Assembly: GCA_963809485.1 (NCBI GenBank)
Contig: CAWEJX010000020.1
Location: 1,300,234 to 1,364,233, forward strand
Direction: 5' to 3'
From: an uncultured Acidobacteriota bacterium
GTDB lineage: Bacteria > Acidobacteriota > UBA6911
Length of the DNA: 64,000 nucleotides
Every line of letters begins with the position of its first letter. Position 1 is the first letter of the stretch. The notes beneath the pieces are model-generated. The model did no database searches, was not told where the DNA came from, and saw only the letters and a list, made by a program, of their open reading frames with translations. Shown piece after piece: positions 1 through 7,950 of the stretch. The translations under genes were made by a program, and so were the position numbers.

Positions 1-231
1 GTCGTCCAAGCTATTGTGTGCATCGCGCAGGGAATGGGCAAAAAGACCGTTGCCGAATTTGTTGCAGATGCGGATGCCGTCTGTATGCTCCGCGACATCG
101 GCGTCGACTACGCGCAGGGATACCATATCGGTTTGCCAGGACCCGTTGCGGACGTTCTCCCTGCTATTGATACGAAGCTCTCGTGTCGGCCGCATTCGGA
201 CTTGTTGCAGCATTCCTTGATGCGCACCTAA
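1..231 (+). CDS. EAL-domain (c-di-GMP phosphodiesterase) protein, C-terminal part, 5'-truncated by the window edge
   Basis: Frame +1 reads VVQAIVCIAQGMGKKTVAEFV...IGVDYAQGYHIG, matching the VAE.V and QGY motifs at the end of EAL domains. Confidence 0.85.
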   Translation, partial: VVQAIVCIAQGMGKKTVAEFVADADAVCMLRDIGVDYAQGYHIGLPGPVADVLPAIDTKLSCRPHSDLLQHSLMRT

Positions 232-282
232 CCAGGAACCGGTTGCCTTTCTGGAATACGGAAAAATCAAAAAGCAGCCACG

Positions 283-667
283 AGTCAGGCACCTCCGGCA
301 AAGCCGGAAGCTTGAAAGATTTGAACCGCTCAAAGCGGTTGGAGGAGTCCCACCGGTCTTGAACGCTGACTTACACAGGCAAAAGCCGATGAGGCGCTTC
401 CAATCCCCACAGGGGCCAGCGCTCCGCGCTGGACAGTTTTCCGGGCATTGTGGCAAACGCCCGGTTTCTCATATCCTCCATCTCCTTGCCGCACGGCGCT
501 TGCCACAGTGCCCGGAAAACTCCATCGGAAGCGCCTCATCAGCTATTGCTCGCCGACCCTCGCCGACCAGATCGGCGTTTGTCAGCGCATTGGTCAGCGT
601 ATCTCAGCGTTTCAAAATAGGGAGCTGTCAAACTCTATGAGTCCCCCGGCAGAGCCGGGGATTTACC
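283..667 (-). mobile_element. Non-autonomous IS200/IS605-like element (no tnpA) with structured interior
   Basis: Related subterminal hairpins at both ends (ctccggc-aaa-gccggaag 293-310; cccccggc-aga-gccgggg 643-660) and an extra hairpin aaccgct-caa-agcggtt (324-340), resembling IS200-group ends. No transposase ORF lies between them. Confidence 0.65.
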
Positions 668-730
668 AATAGAATTATACGAATGTTGCATCCATCAGCG
701 GTTCGCGCATGGGCTGTCCCAGCCTGCCTT

Positions 731-795
731 TGAGCAATTTTGACCAAACGTTTGAGCAGTACTGAACTGACACACGAGATGCCCCAGGCTATAAA
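731..795 (+). promoter_or_regulatory. Activator-dependent sigma70-type promoter, copy 1 of 3
   Basis: TGAGCAATTTTGACCA (731-746), TGAGCAGTACTGAACT (753-768), -35-like CTGACA (767-772), 17-nt spacer, TATAAA (790-795). Same spacing at 3891 and 5024. Confidence 0.7.
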
Positions 796-976
796 GGAAG
801 ATAAGCCTTGAGCTGCCAGGCGAAATCTGGCCGGAGGCGAGTGTCCGATGGACGAGCAAGGTGTTCGCCCATGTGAAATGAGATTATGAGCGGGAAAAGC
901 CCTTCGGCTTCTTTGAGGTGGCTGATGTGGTGCAACTGAAATAAATAGTAAAACAATTTTTTAAGAGGAGTTCAAA

Positions 977-1708
977 ATGAATCGATTCAAAGTTGAGGCG
1001 GTGATCCTTTGTTTGGCCCTGGTGGCCTTGGCATTTCCAGTCGCGGCAAAGGCCGACGAATGGAACAAAAAAACCACCGTCACATTCAGCGCGCCGGTCG
1101 AGATTCCGGGTGTAGGAGCCCAGGTGTTGCCGGCTGGCACCTATGTCTTTAAGCTGTTGAATTCACAATCCAACCGGAACATTGTTCAAATCTTCAACGA
1201 ACGGCAAGACCATGTATTTTCAACCATTCTTGCGATTCCAAATTTCCGTTTGCAGGCGACCGATAAAACCGTCATGACGTTCAGGGAAAGGGCGTCCGGT
1301 GAGCCGGAGGCCATCCGAGCATGGTTTTATCCCGGGAACAGATGGGGTCAGGAATTTGTGTACCCAAAAGCAAGGGCTATCGAAATTGCGAAGCTGACAA
1401 ATATACCCGTTCTCGCGATGCCTACGGAACTGGCCACGAACCTTTTGGAACCGGTAAAATCGGCGGATGAACCGCCCGTAATAGCTTTGATACAGGCGCC
1501 GGTCGAGGCCGTAAAACCTACCGGAGAAGTAGTCGCAATGACTGAAGTCGTTGAGCCACCGCCTGTGGAGACAGCCGCGGTACAGTCAACGGAGCCTTAC
1601 CAGAACCTGCCCGAAACAGCCAGCCCAATGGCGCTATTGGGCTTGATTGGTTTGTTATCGCTTGCCGCAGGCGTTGGTCTTTCAGTAATTTCGAAGCGGC
1701 GTGTTTGA
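977..1708 (+). CDS. Secreted protein with C-terminal LPETA sortase sorting signal
   Basis: RBS agaggag, N-terminal signal peptide (..AAKA/DEW), C-terminus LPETAS + hydrophobic helix + KRRV, and a sortase two genes downstream. Confidence 0.85.
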   Translation: MNRFKVEAVILCLALVALAFPVAAKADEWNKKTTVTFSAPVEIPGVGAQVLPAGTYVFKLLNSQSNRNIVQIFNERQDHVFSTILAIPNFRLQATDKTVMTFRERASGEPEAIRAWFYPGNRWGQEFVYPKARAIEIAKLTNIPVLAMPTELATNLLEPVKSADEPPVIALIQAPVEAVKPTGEVVAMTEVVEPPPVETAAVQSTEPYQNLPETASPMALLGLIGLLSLAAGVGLSVISKRRV

Positions 1709-1763
1709 GCAAGCGAGGTTGTGCGTGCCGTCAAGAGGGGCTCATTGGGGACGTTTAGGCAAC

Positions 1764-1867
1764 GGGTTCCCCCCCCGCGCGGAAAAGGGGGGGCGACCCT
1801 TAGCGGGGCTATGATAAGACCCTATGCGTGCCCCATGAGGGCAGGCTAGTATGACCTGCCCTCATGG
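1764..1867. other. Two GC-rich intergenic hairpins
   Basis: gggttcccccccc...gggggggcgaccc (1764-1799) and a perfect 13-bp IR ccatgagggcagg/cctgccctcatgg (1833-1845/1855-1867). Confidence 0.6.
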
Positions 1868-1937
1868 CTGGTGGGGTTTGTGGCCACGCGCGCGACTCCG
1901 GTGCTATCGCTCAGATTCCAAAACTGGACTGGACTGT

Positions 1938-2966
1938 ATGAGAGAGCCTTCCCATGCCGAAGAATTCCGTTCCAGGGGCAAATGTTTCCCCACAACCCTG
2001 TGTCTGGCCTGTTGTTTTTACTTGATTGTTCTGCCAGGCATGTTCCAGCAGCAGGAATACTCCCAGTCCCAGAGCGGCGAAGGTGACCCGTACACGATTA
2101 GCGTAAGCGTTGGCACGGTGGTCTTGAACGCGACCGTGCGTGATCGCAAAGGCATCCTTGTTTCAGATCTCGTCAAAGAAGACTTTCAGGTTTATGAGGA
2201 CGGAATCCCCCAACAAATCGAATGCTTCAGCCACGAAGATATTCCGGTCACCGTGGGCCTGGTCGTCGACAACAGCGGAACCATGAGGCCGAAACGCCCT
2301 GAGGTGATTGCAGCGGCCCTGGCGTTTGCCCACTCCAGCAACCCTGCGGATCAGATGTTCGTGGTTAATTTCAACGAGAATGTATCCTTTAGCCTTCCAG
2401 ACAACCTGCCGTTCACGGACAAAGCGGCTCAACTCGAGATTGCCCTGTCTCGAATTGCCGCGGACGGCATGACGGCACTCTACGACGCCGTGGCGGCTGC
2501 GCTCGATCACCTGAAGAAGGGCGATCGGGACAAAAAAGTGCTGATTGTTATCAGCGATGGGGAGGATAACGCCAGCAAACTCAAATTGGACAGGATTCTG
2601 GCTCTGGCAGGGCAGTCGGACGCAATCATTTACACCATAGGAATCTTTGATGAGAACAATCCCGATCGGAACCTTCGGGCGCTCAAGCGGCTGGCAAATG
2701 CTACCGGTGGCGAAGCTTTCTTGCCGGGCTCGGCAAAAAACGTTGTCCCCATCTGTGAGCGAATCGCCTATGACATTCGCAACCAATACTCCATAACCTA
2801 TCTGCCCACGAATAAAAAGCAGGATGGCAGCTTTCGGGCTATTCAGGTGACGGCCGGAGCACGGGATGGCAGACGCCTGTCCGTCCGCACCCGCGCAGGT
2901 TACTACGCACCCTTAAAATCTGAATCCTTGCCGACAAGTGAGCAACCCCATGAAAATGCGAATTAG
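1938..2966 (+). CDS. VWA-domain protein (VWFA-related acidobacterial type)
   Basis: MIDAS-like DNSGT, GMTALYDA, IVISDGEDN, TGGEAF, and the C-terminal VRTRAGYYAP typical of this family. Start uncertain. Confidence 0.85.
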   Translation: MREPSHAEEFRSRGKCFPTTLCLACCFYLIVLPGMFQQQEYSQSQSGEGDPYTISVSVGTVVLNATVRDRKGILVSDLVKEDFQVYEDGIPQQIECFSHEDIPVTVGLVVDNSGTMRPKRPEVIAAALAFAHSSNPADQMFVVNFNENVSFSLPDNLPFTDKAAQLEIALSRIAADGMTALYDAVAAALDHLKKGDRDKKVLIVISDGEDNASKLKLDRILALAGQSDAIIYTIGIFDENNPDRNLRALKRLANATGGEAFLPGSAKNVVPICERIAYDIRNQYSITYLPTNKKQDGSFRAIQVTAGARDGRRLSVRTRAGYYAPLKSESLPTSEQPHENAN

Positions 2967-3633
2967 GTGGATGTCTCTCCCAAGGCGAGATAGTCCATGG
3001 CTCCGTTGGAGCCGATACCTTTTCTTTATCATTGGCATTCTTGCGCTGGGCTATGTCGGCTTCGCGCTGCTCGACGCGCGACTCTATCAGGCGGATCAAT
3101 CCCGAAGATTTGAGCAGGAGTTGAACGGTTTGAAGTCGAATATCGTCAGCGATGAGCGATTTCACGCATCCTCAATTTCTCCAGCGCCTGCGAAAGAAAG
3201 CCTCGTGAGAGCTGAGCGCATTGACACAGCAGGCAGCGGTCGAACTGCTTTGGGGCAAATTGAGATAAGCGCAATAGGCCTCAAAGCAATGATCCTGGAG
3301 GGCACAGACGCACGAACATTGCGCCGGGCAGTCGGGCACATCCCCGGCACCGCGCTGCCGGGCCAGCGAGGGAACGTCGCGATCACGGGACACCGGGACA
3401 CATTTTTCAGACCGCTGCGCAATATCCGTAAGGACGATGAGATCAGGTTGACGACGCTAAACGGATCGTACCGATATTGGGTGGACTCTGCCACGGTAGT
3501 CGAGCCCGCCAACACGGAAGTACTGGACAATTCCGATGATGCAATTCTGACTCTGGTGACCTGTTATCCATTTTATTATGTTGGCCCTGCACCTAAGAGG
3601 TTTATTGTCCGCGCACACAGGATTCTGGATTGA
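2950..3633 (+). CDS. Class D-like sortase
   Basis: N-terminal TM anchor, GHRDTFF (His), LTLVTCYPF (Cys), KRFIVRA (Arg). Overlaps the end of the VWA gene. Confidence 0.92.
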   Translation: MKMRIRWMSLPRRDSPWLRWSRYLFFIIGILALGYVGFALLDARLYQADQSRRFEQELNGLKSNIVSDERFHASSISPAPAKESLVRAERIDTAGSGRTALGQIEISAIGLKAMILEGTDARTLRRAVGHIPGTALPGQRGNVAITGHRDTFFRPLRNIRKDDEIRLTTLNGSYRYWVDSATVVEPANTEVLDNSDDAILTLVTCYPFYYVGPAPKRFIVRAHRILD

Positions 3634-3719
3634 GGTTTCCTTCGGAGACTCCAGGATAGCCTGTCACTCGGTTTCTCTCTGCTAAGCGGCTCGCCGGATG
3701 CTGGCAAATTGCATGTTGC

Positions 3720-3866
3720 TTTCTCCACTTTAAGCATTTCCATGGCCACTGCAGGGCGGGTGATATAGCGGGCCTGGGACTCCAGAGAGGCGATTGCGGC
3801 GGCATCGACCGGCGGCCCGGCATAGACTGAAAATCCCGGGTGTACCCAGGACAACAGATTCTGCAT
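3720..3866 (-). pseudogene. IS91-family transposase fragment
   Basis: LLSWVHPGFSVYAG...LESQARYITRPAVA resembles the H.GFSV...ARYI.RP region of IS91-type Y2 transposases. The rest of the gene is absent. Confidence 0.55.
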
Positions 3867-3890
3867 GAAGGATTCCGTAATTTATGTGGA

Positions 3891-3955
3891 TGAGCAATTT
3901 TGCCCACTCCTCTGAGCAGTAATGGACTGAGATGATTATTGGGCTGGGCTATAAA
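3891..3955 (+). promoter_or_regulatory. Activator-dependent promoter, copy 2 of 3
   Basis: TGAGCAATTTTGCCCA (3891-3906), TGAGCAGTAATGGACT (3913-3928), TATAAA (3950-3955). Confidence 0.7.
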
Positions 3956-3997
3956 GATAAAGCGTTGAGCTGTCGGTCAGGACGTACGAGGTGGCAT

Positions 3998-4822
3998 ATG
4001 CGACAACGAATGATATGGGCGGTGTTTTTCTATCTTGGTGTGGCAGCCTGTTTATCGGCCCAGACTGAACGCTTCATTCCCCCCATTGAGGACATCATTG
4101 CCGGCATGGCGCAAGCCCGGGCAGAAAATCAGGTAAGCTTTCGTTCCTACATTGTCACCCGCAACTACAATCTGTTTGGGAAAGAAAGAGCGAAAACCAA
4201 GTCCCAGGTGATTGCCGAGATATCCTTCGTTCCCCCGGCCACCAAAACGTACACGATACAAAAAATCAATGGCACCGGCTTCGGGGAAACAATCGTTCGC
4301 CGAATGTTAATGAGCGAGGTGGACATTGCACGAAATTACACCTCAACGGACTTCTCGACGGACAATTATGACATCCGTTTCATCCTCGAGGAAAATGTAG
4401 GGGATCAACGCTGCTATGTGCTCGAGCTGCTTCCCAAACGAAAAGATAAGAATCTACTGCGAGGGAAAATTTGGGTTGATGCAGTCACCTACCTGCCCCA
4501 GCGCATCGAGGGTGCACCCAGCAAGACCCCCTCATGGTGGCTGCGGAGCTTGCGATTCGAGCTTATTTACGGCGAGGTCGGCGGAATGTGGCTGCAGACG
4601 GCCCTGGAAGCCACCGCCACGGTCCGAATCCTCGGCCCCCACACGATGGTTTCGCACGACGTGAAATACCAGCTGGGCGATCAGGTTGTTGCCGTTCACC
4701 CTAAAGCTGCCGGATGGGTTGATTCAGTAGGTCCGGCGATAAGACAGCCGCAGATCAACCATGAGCTCCCTATATTCGCGGACGGGGTAAAGGCCAAGGC
4801 TGCATCCGGGCTTTGGCCATAA
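3998..4822 (+). CDS. Exported hypothetical protein, LolA/RseB-like fold probable
   Basis: RBS gaggt, signal peptide, and CYVLELLPKRKDKNLLRGKIWVDA, as in outer-membrane lipoprotein-sorting-like proteins. Confidence 0.65.
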   Translation: MRQRMIWAVFFYLGVAACLSAQTERFIPPIEDIIAGMAQARAENQVSFRSYIVTRNYNLFGKERAKTKSQVIAEISFVPPATKTYTIQKINGTGFGETIVRRMLMSEVDIARNYTSTDFSTDNYDIRFILEENVGDQRCYVLELLPKRKDKNLLRGKIWVDAVTYLPQRIEGAPSKTPSWWLRSLRFELIYGEVGGMWLQTALEATATVRILGPHTMVSHDVKYQLGDQVVAVHPKAAGWVDSVGPAIRQPQINHELPIFADGVKAKAASGLWP

Positions 4823-5023
4823 TCAATTGTGAACAGACGCGTGCTTCCGCCATTAATTGTTGCTGACAGGGGTTTAAAGCTATGCAGGAAAAATTATTAC
4901 AGTCCGATTCGGCGTCAGCCGATCCAGATTGCCTCGAATCTGGTATAAATTCCTTTTTTAGAGGAAGATAGCAGGAAGCCAGCAGCAGTCAATGGCGGAA
5001 ACACCGCCGCCCGTGAAGACGGT

Positions 5024-5088
5024 TGAGCAATTCTGAACACACTCTTGAGCAAGATTGAACTTACTATTAAATCCCGCCGGAGTATAAA
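5024..5088 (+). promoter_or_regulatory. Activator-dependent promoter, copy 3 of 3
   Basis: TGAGCAATTCTGAACA (5024-5039), TGAGCAAGATTGAACT (5046-5061), TATAAA (5083-5088). Confidence 0.7.
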
Positions 5089-5304
5089 CAGTCAGGCTTC
5101 AGCTACAAGCGAGAATCTGGCAGCATGCGCGAAAAGCTGAAGGGTCGCCTGGGCGGCTTTTGGGCCGAAAAGAGGCGACACGCACCACATCATAGCTTGT
5201 AACACACCGGGGAAAAATTGTATCGGAAAGGAATGACTGGCGAAGGTGCCCCTATATTTTCAACCCCTCTACATTAACCTCAACCAATAAAAAGGAGTTC
5301 ATCC

Positions 5305-5511
5305 ATGTCAATCGCACGTGTCACTGAAATCAAATCGTCCTCCAAAAAGAGTTTCGATGATGCAATCAAGTCAGGTCTTGCCCGCGCCGGGAAAACTCTT
5401 ACGAAGGTGAAATCCGCATGGATCGAGAATCAGGAAGTTCTGCTCGATGACAAAGGACAGGTCTCGGATTACCGTGTGCAAATGAAGGTGACGTTTATTC
5501 TCGAAGAGTAA
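5305..5511 (+). CDS. Dodecin family protein
   Basis: 68 aa, SS.KSFDDAI..G..RA.KTL and YRV.MKVTF.LE; RBS aaggag. Confidence 0.9.
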   Translation: MSIARVTEIKSSSKKSFDDAIKSGLARAGKTLTKVKSAWIENQEVLLDDKGQVSDYRVQMKVTFILEE

Positions 5512-5913
5512 TTCGAACTTGATGCCCACCAGCGTTTCCCACCGGTTGCCGTTTAAAAGACGCGATTCGACGAGGGATCGGTATTTCTACACGGTGGGTG
5601 CCGCGACGCGCCCGCAGGCAGCACTCCTTCAATGCCGATCCCTCTGTTACCGCCTGTCTTATTATTTGCGGCTGGTCAGGGACGTCCCGCACATTTTCGT
5701 GCAGGCTGTTTTTGGCTCGCGGGACCGCCGTGCCCTCGATTGCTGCAACACCCTTTCCTCAAAGGCAGCATCCACTGATCGCCAGCACCGTAAGAACTTT
5801 CTTAGTGCAGAGCGATATCCGCGCGGTCTTCCGGGTTTGTGTGGGTAGAAATGGTATAAAGGAACGCCGTTATGCAAGGTGCCGTTCCTAAGGGTCAAGC
5901 GGAGCCTTCCACG

Positions 5914-6093
5914 CTACCCTCCGAGGAATTTCTCCAGTTGGCCGATTTTCTTTTGGACCTTCCCGCCGATCTTTTCGACCTTGCCTTCGGCTTCCAAATC
6001 TGGATCGTTCGTCGCTTGACCAACCTTCTCTTTAACTTTGCCTTTCACCTCGTGAAATGTGCCCTTTGCCTTGTCCTCTGTGCTTTGCTTCAT
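5914..6093 (-). CDS. csbD: CsbD family general stress protein (59 aa, absent from the ORF track)
   Basis: Translated by hand: MKQSTEDKAKGTFHEVKGKVKEKVGQATNDPDLEAEGKVEKIGGKVQKKIGQLEKFLGG*; RBS gggag. Confidence 0.9.
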   Translation of the reverse strand: MKQSTEDKAKGTFHEVKGKVKEKVGQATNDPDLEAEGKVEKIGGKVQKKIGQLEKFLGG

Positions 6094-6517
6094 GGATTGT
6101 CTCCCTGGTAAATGTAAGATATAATCCAGACTTGGAGCCGTGCTTTGGGGATCAAGCTGCAGTACTGACCCGCACGACAGTCCTTTTGCTTCCTACCCAG
6201 CATTAGAAGCGACGGTAAAGGAAGCTCTTTGTTCGCCTTTAAACACCCCCTATGCATTGACCCGCATTTGGGAATGATATTTGTCAATAGCAGCCCTTAT
6301 ATTGGGTCTACGCACTGGCAGTCGGAAAGGGCTCTCTTTAGCACCGTTCCGTTTGCCGATCCAACTCAATGGACGTATAGTCGCTATCCGGAAATGTAGG
6401 GCACAGTGCACAGCATCATCGCAGGACCCATCTGGCGGATAGTGCTCTGATCCGTGAATGGATAATTCTCATATGCAAGCCAGCGACTGCCTGATCGGCA
6501 TCGACATTCTCTTCGGC

Positions 6518-7855
6518 TTACCTCACCTCAATAGACGTAATCCTGTCGTTGAATTCCCCCGCCAGGTTCGACATATCACCGGTGACAGTCCTGCTGGCGC
6601 CGCCAAAGCTCTCATGCTCGTGAACAACCACTCGGGCTCTGCCAAAGATTCGGATGGATGAAATCCCATCGTTAAAGCGGTCTTGCACTTTCCGCTGGCC
6701 ATCGCCGGCGCTCATGCAAAAGCTGTCGCCGCGGTAGTCCGCGTCCATGAAGAAACACGCCCCGTTGCGGGGTACGCGACCGCCGCTCCAGACTTCGTAC
6801 TGTCCTCGGGATTGCCCGCCATACTGCCCTTCATATTGGCTCCCTCCGGCGACTTGGAAGGAAGTGATCCGGTCGCCCCAAGCGCCCAGATTCGGTGTAT
6901 CCCGGCTGATAGTCTGGCGCGAACCGTTGAAGCTCTCATTGTCGTAGACTGTTACTTGGGCCCTGCCAAATACCCGGATCGATGAGATGCTGTCGTTGTA
7001 TCGATCCCCGATATTCCGCACGCTCTCGTTGCTGCTGACGCAGAAATTCTCTCCCCTGTAATTCTCATCCCTGTAGAAACATACACCATCACCGGGTTCG
7101 TTGCCGCTGCCCAAGCCTCCGTTTTGTCCTCGGGATAGTCCGCCATACTGTCCTCCATATTGGCGCCCTCCAGTGACCTGTAAGGAAGAGATCCGGTCGC
7201 CCCAAGCGCCCAGATTCGGTGTATCCCGGCTGATAGTCTGGCGCGAACCGTTGAAGCTCTCATTGTCGTAGACTGTTACTTGGGCCTCTCCAAATACCCG
7301 GATCGATGAGATGCTGTCGTTGTATCGATCCCCGATATTCCGCACGCTCTCGTTGCTGCTGACGCAGAAATTCTCTCCCCTGTAATTCTCGTCCCTGTAG
7401 AAACACACACCATCGCCGGGTTCGTTGCCGCGGCCCCAGCCCTCGAATTGTTCCCGGGATTGTCCGCCGTACTGTCCATCAGATTGGCGCCATGAGGTGC
7501 CCTGGAAGGAGGTAATCCGGTCGTTCCAGGCGCCCAGTTTCGGCATATTCCGGCTGACAGTCTGGCGCGAGCCGGTGAAGCTTTCATCATCGTAGACTGT
7601 CACTTCGGCCCTTCCAAAGATCCGGATGGATGAGATCCGGTCGTTGTAACGATCTCCGATATTCCGTAAACTCTCATTGCTGCTGACGCAAAAATTCTCT
7701 CCCTTGTAGTTTTCGTCCGTGTAAAAACACACGCCCTCTTGAGGCTGATTGCCTTTGTTCCGGCTTTGGCTCTGGGCCTCAAGCCGCGGGCTGAGGATTT
7801 GAATCAGGCTTAAAGCCATTAGGGTCAAAAAGGTGAATCCAATCGCTCGTTTCAT
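6518..7855 (-). CDS. Secreted protein with four beta/gamma-crystallin-like (peptidase inhibitor I36-like) domains
   Basis: Signal peptide and four repeats of CFY.DENY.GENFC...NDRISSIR.FG...NDRITS joined by G/Q/Y-rich linkers. Confidence 0.85.
   Translation of the reverse strand: MKRAIGFTFLTLMALSLIQILSPRLEAQSQSRNKGNQPQEGVCFYTDENYKGENFCVSSNESLRNIGDRYNDRISSIRIFGRAEVTVYDDESFTGSRQTVSRNMPKLGAWNDRITSFQGTSWRQSDGQYGGQSREQFEGWGRGNEPGDGVCFYRDENYRGENFCVSSNESVRNIGDRYNDSISSIRVFGEAQVTVYDNESFNGSRQTISRDTPNLGAWGDRISSLQVTGGRQYGGQYGGLSRGQNGGLGSGNEPGDGVCFYRDENYRGENFCVSSNESVRNIGDRYNDSISSIRVFGRAQVTVYDNESFNGSRQTISRDTPNLGAWGDRITSFQVAGGSQYEGQYGGQSRGQYEVWSGGRVPRNGACFFMDADYRGDSFCMSAGDGQRKVQDRFNDGISSIRIFGRARVVVHEHESFGGASRTVTGDMSNLAGEFNDRITSIEVR
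6866..7513. repeat. 324-bp near-identical tandem duplication inside the crystallin gene
   Basis: gatccggtcgccccaagcgcccagattcgg... recurs at 6866 and 7190, with long identical stretches. Confidence 0.9.
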
Positions 7856-7950
7856 ATACGTCTCCCCTCTGCTTTTGCAGATGCAACGATTTCTCTTGGT
7901 AAGATTAGTGCGGCAACCCGGATTGTTGTTTAGCCCCCCTGTGTTAACCC

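Noticed and set aside
5872-6111. 79-aa plus-strand ORF in the track
   Set aside because: It is the antisense shadow of the csbD gene at 5914-6093
6155-6172. CAGTACTG core upstream of csbD as a fourth copy of the shared promoter
   Set aside because: The outer bases do not match, there is no second site 22 bp away, and no TATAAA at the conserved offset
6518-7760. Repeats as a CRISPR array
   Set aside because: The period is 324 bp and in frame within a protein gene, with no unique spacers and no cas genes. No CRISPR array was seen anywhere in the window
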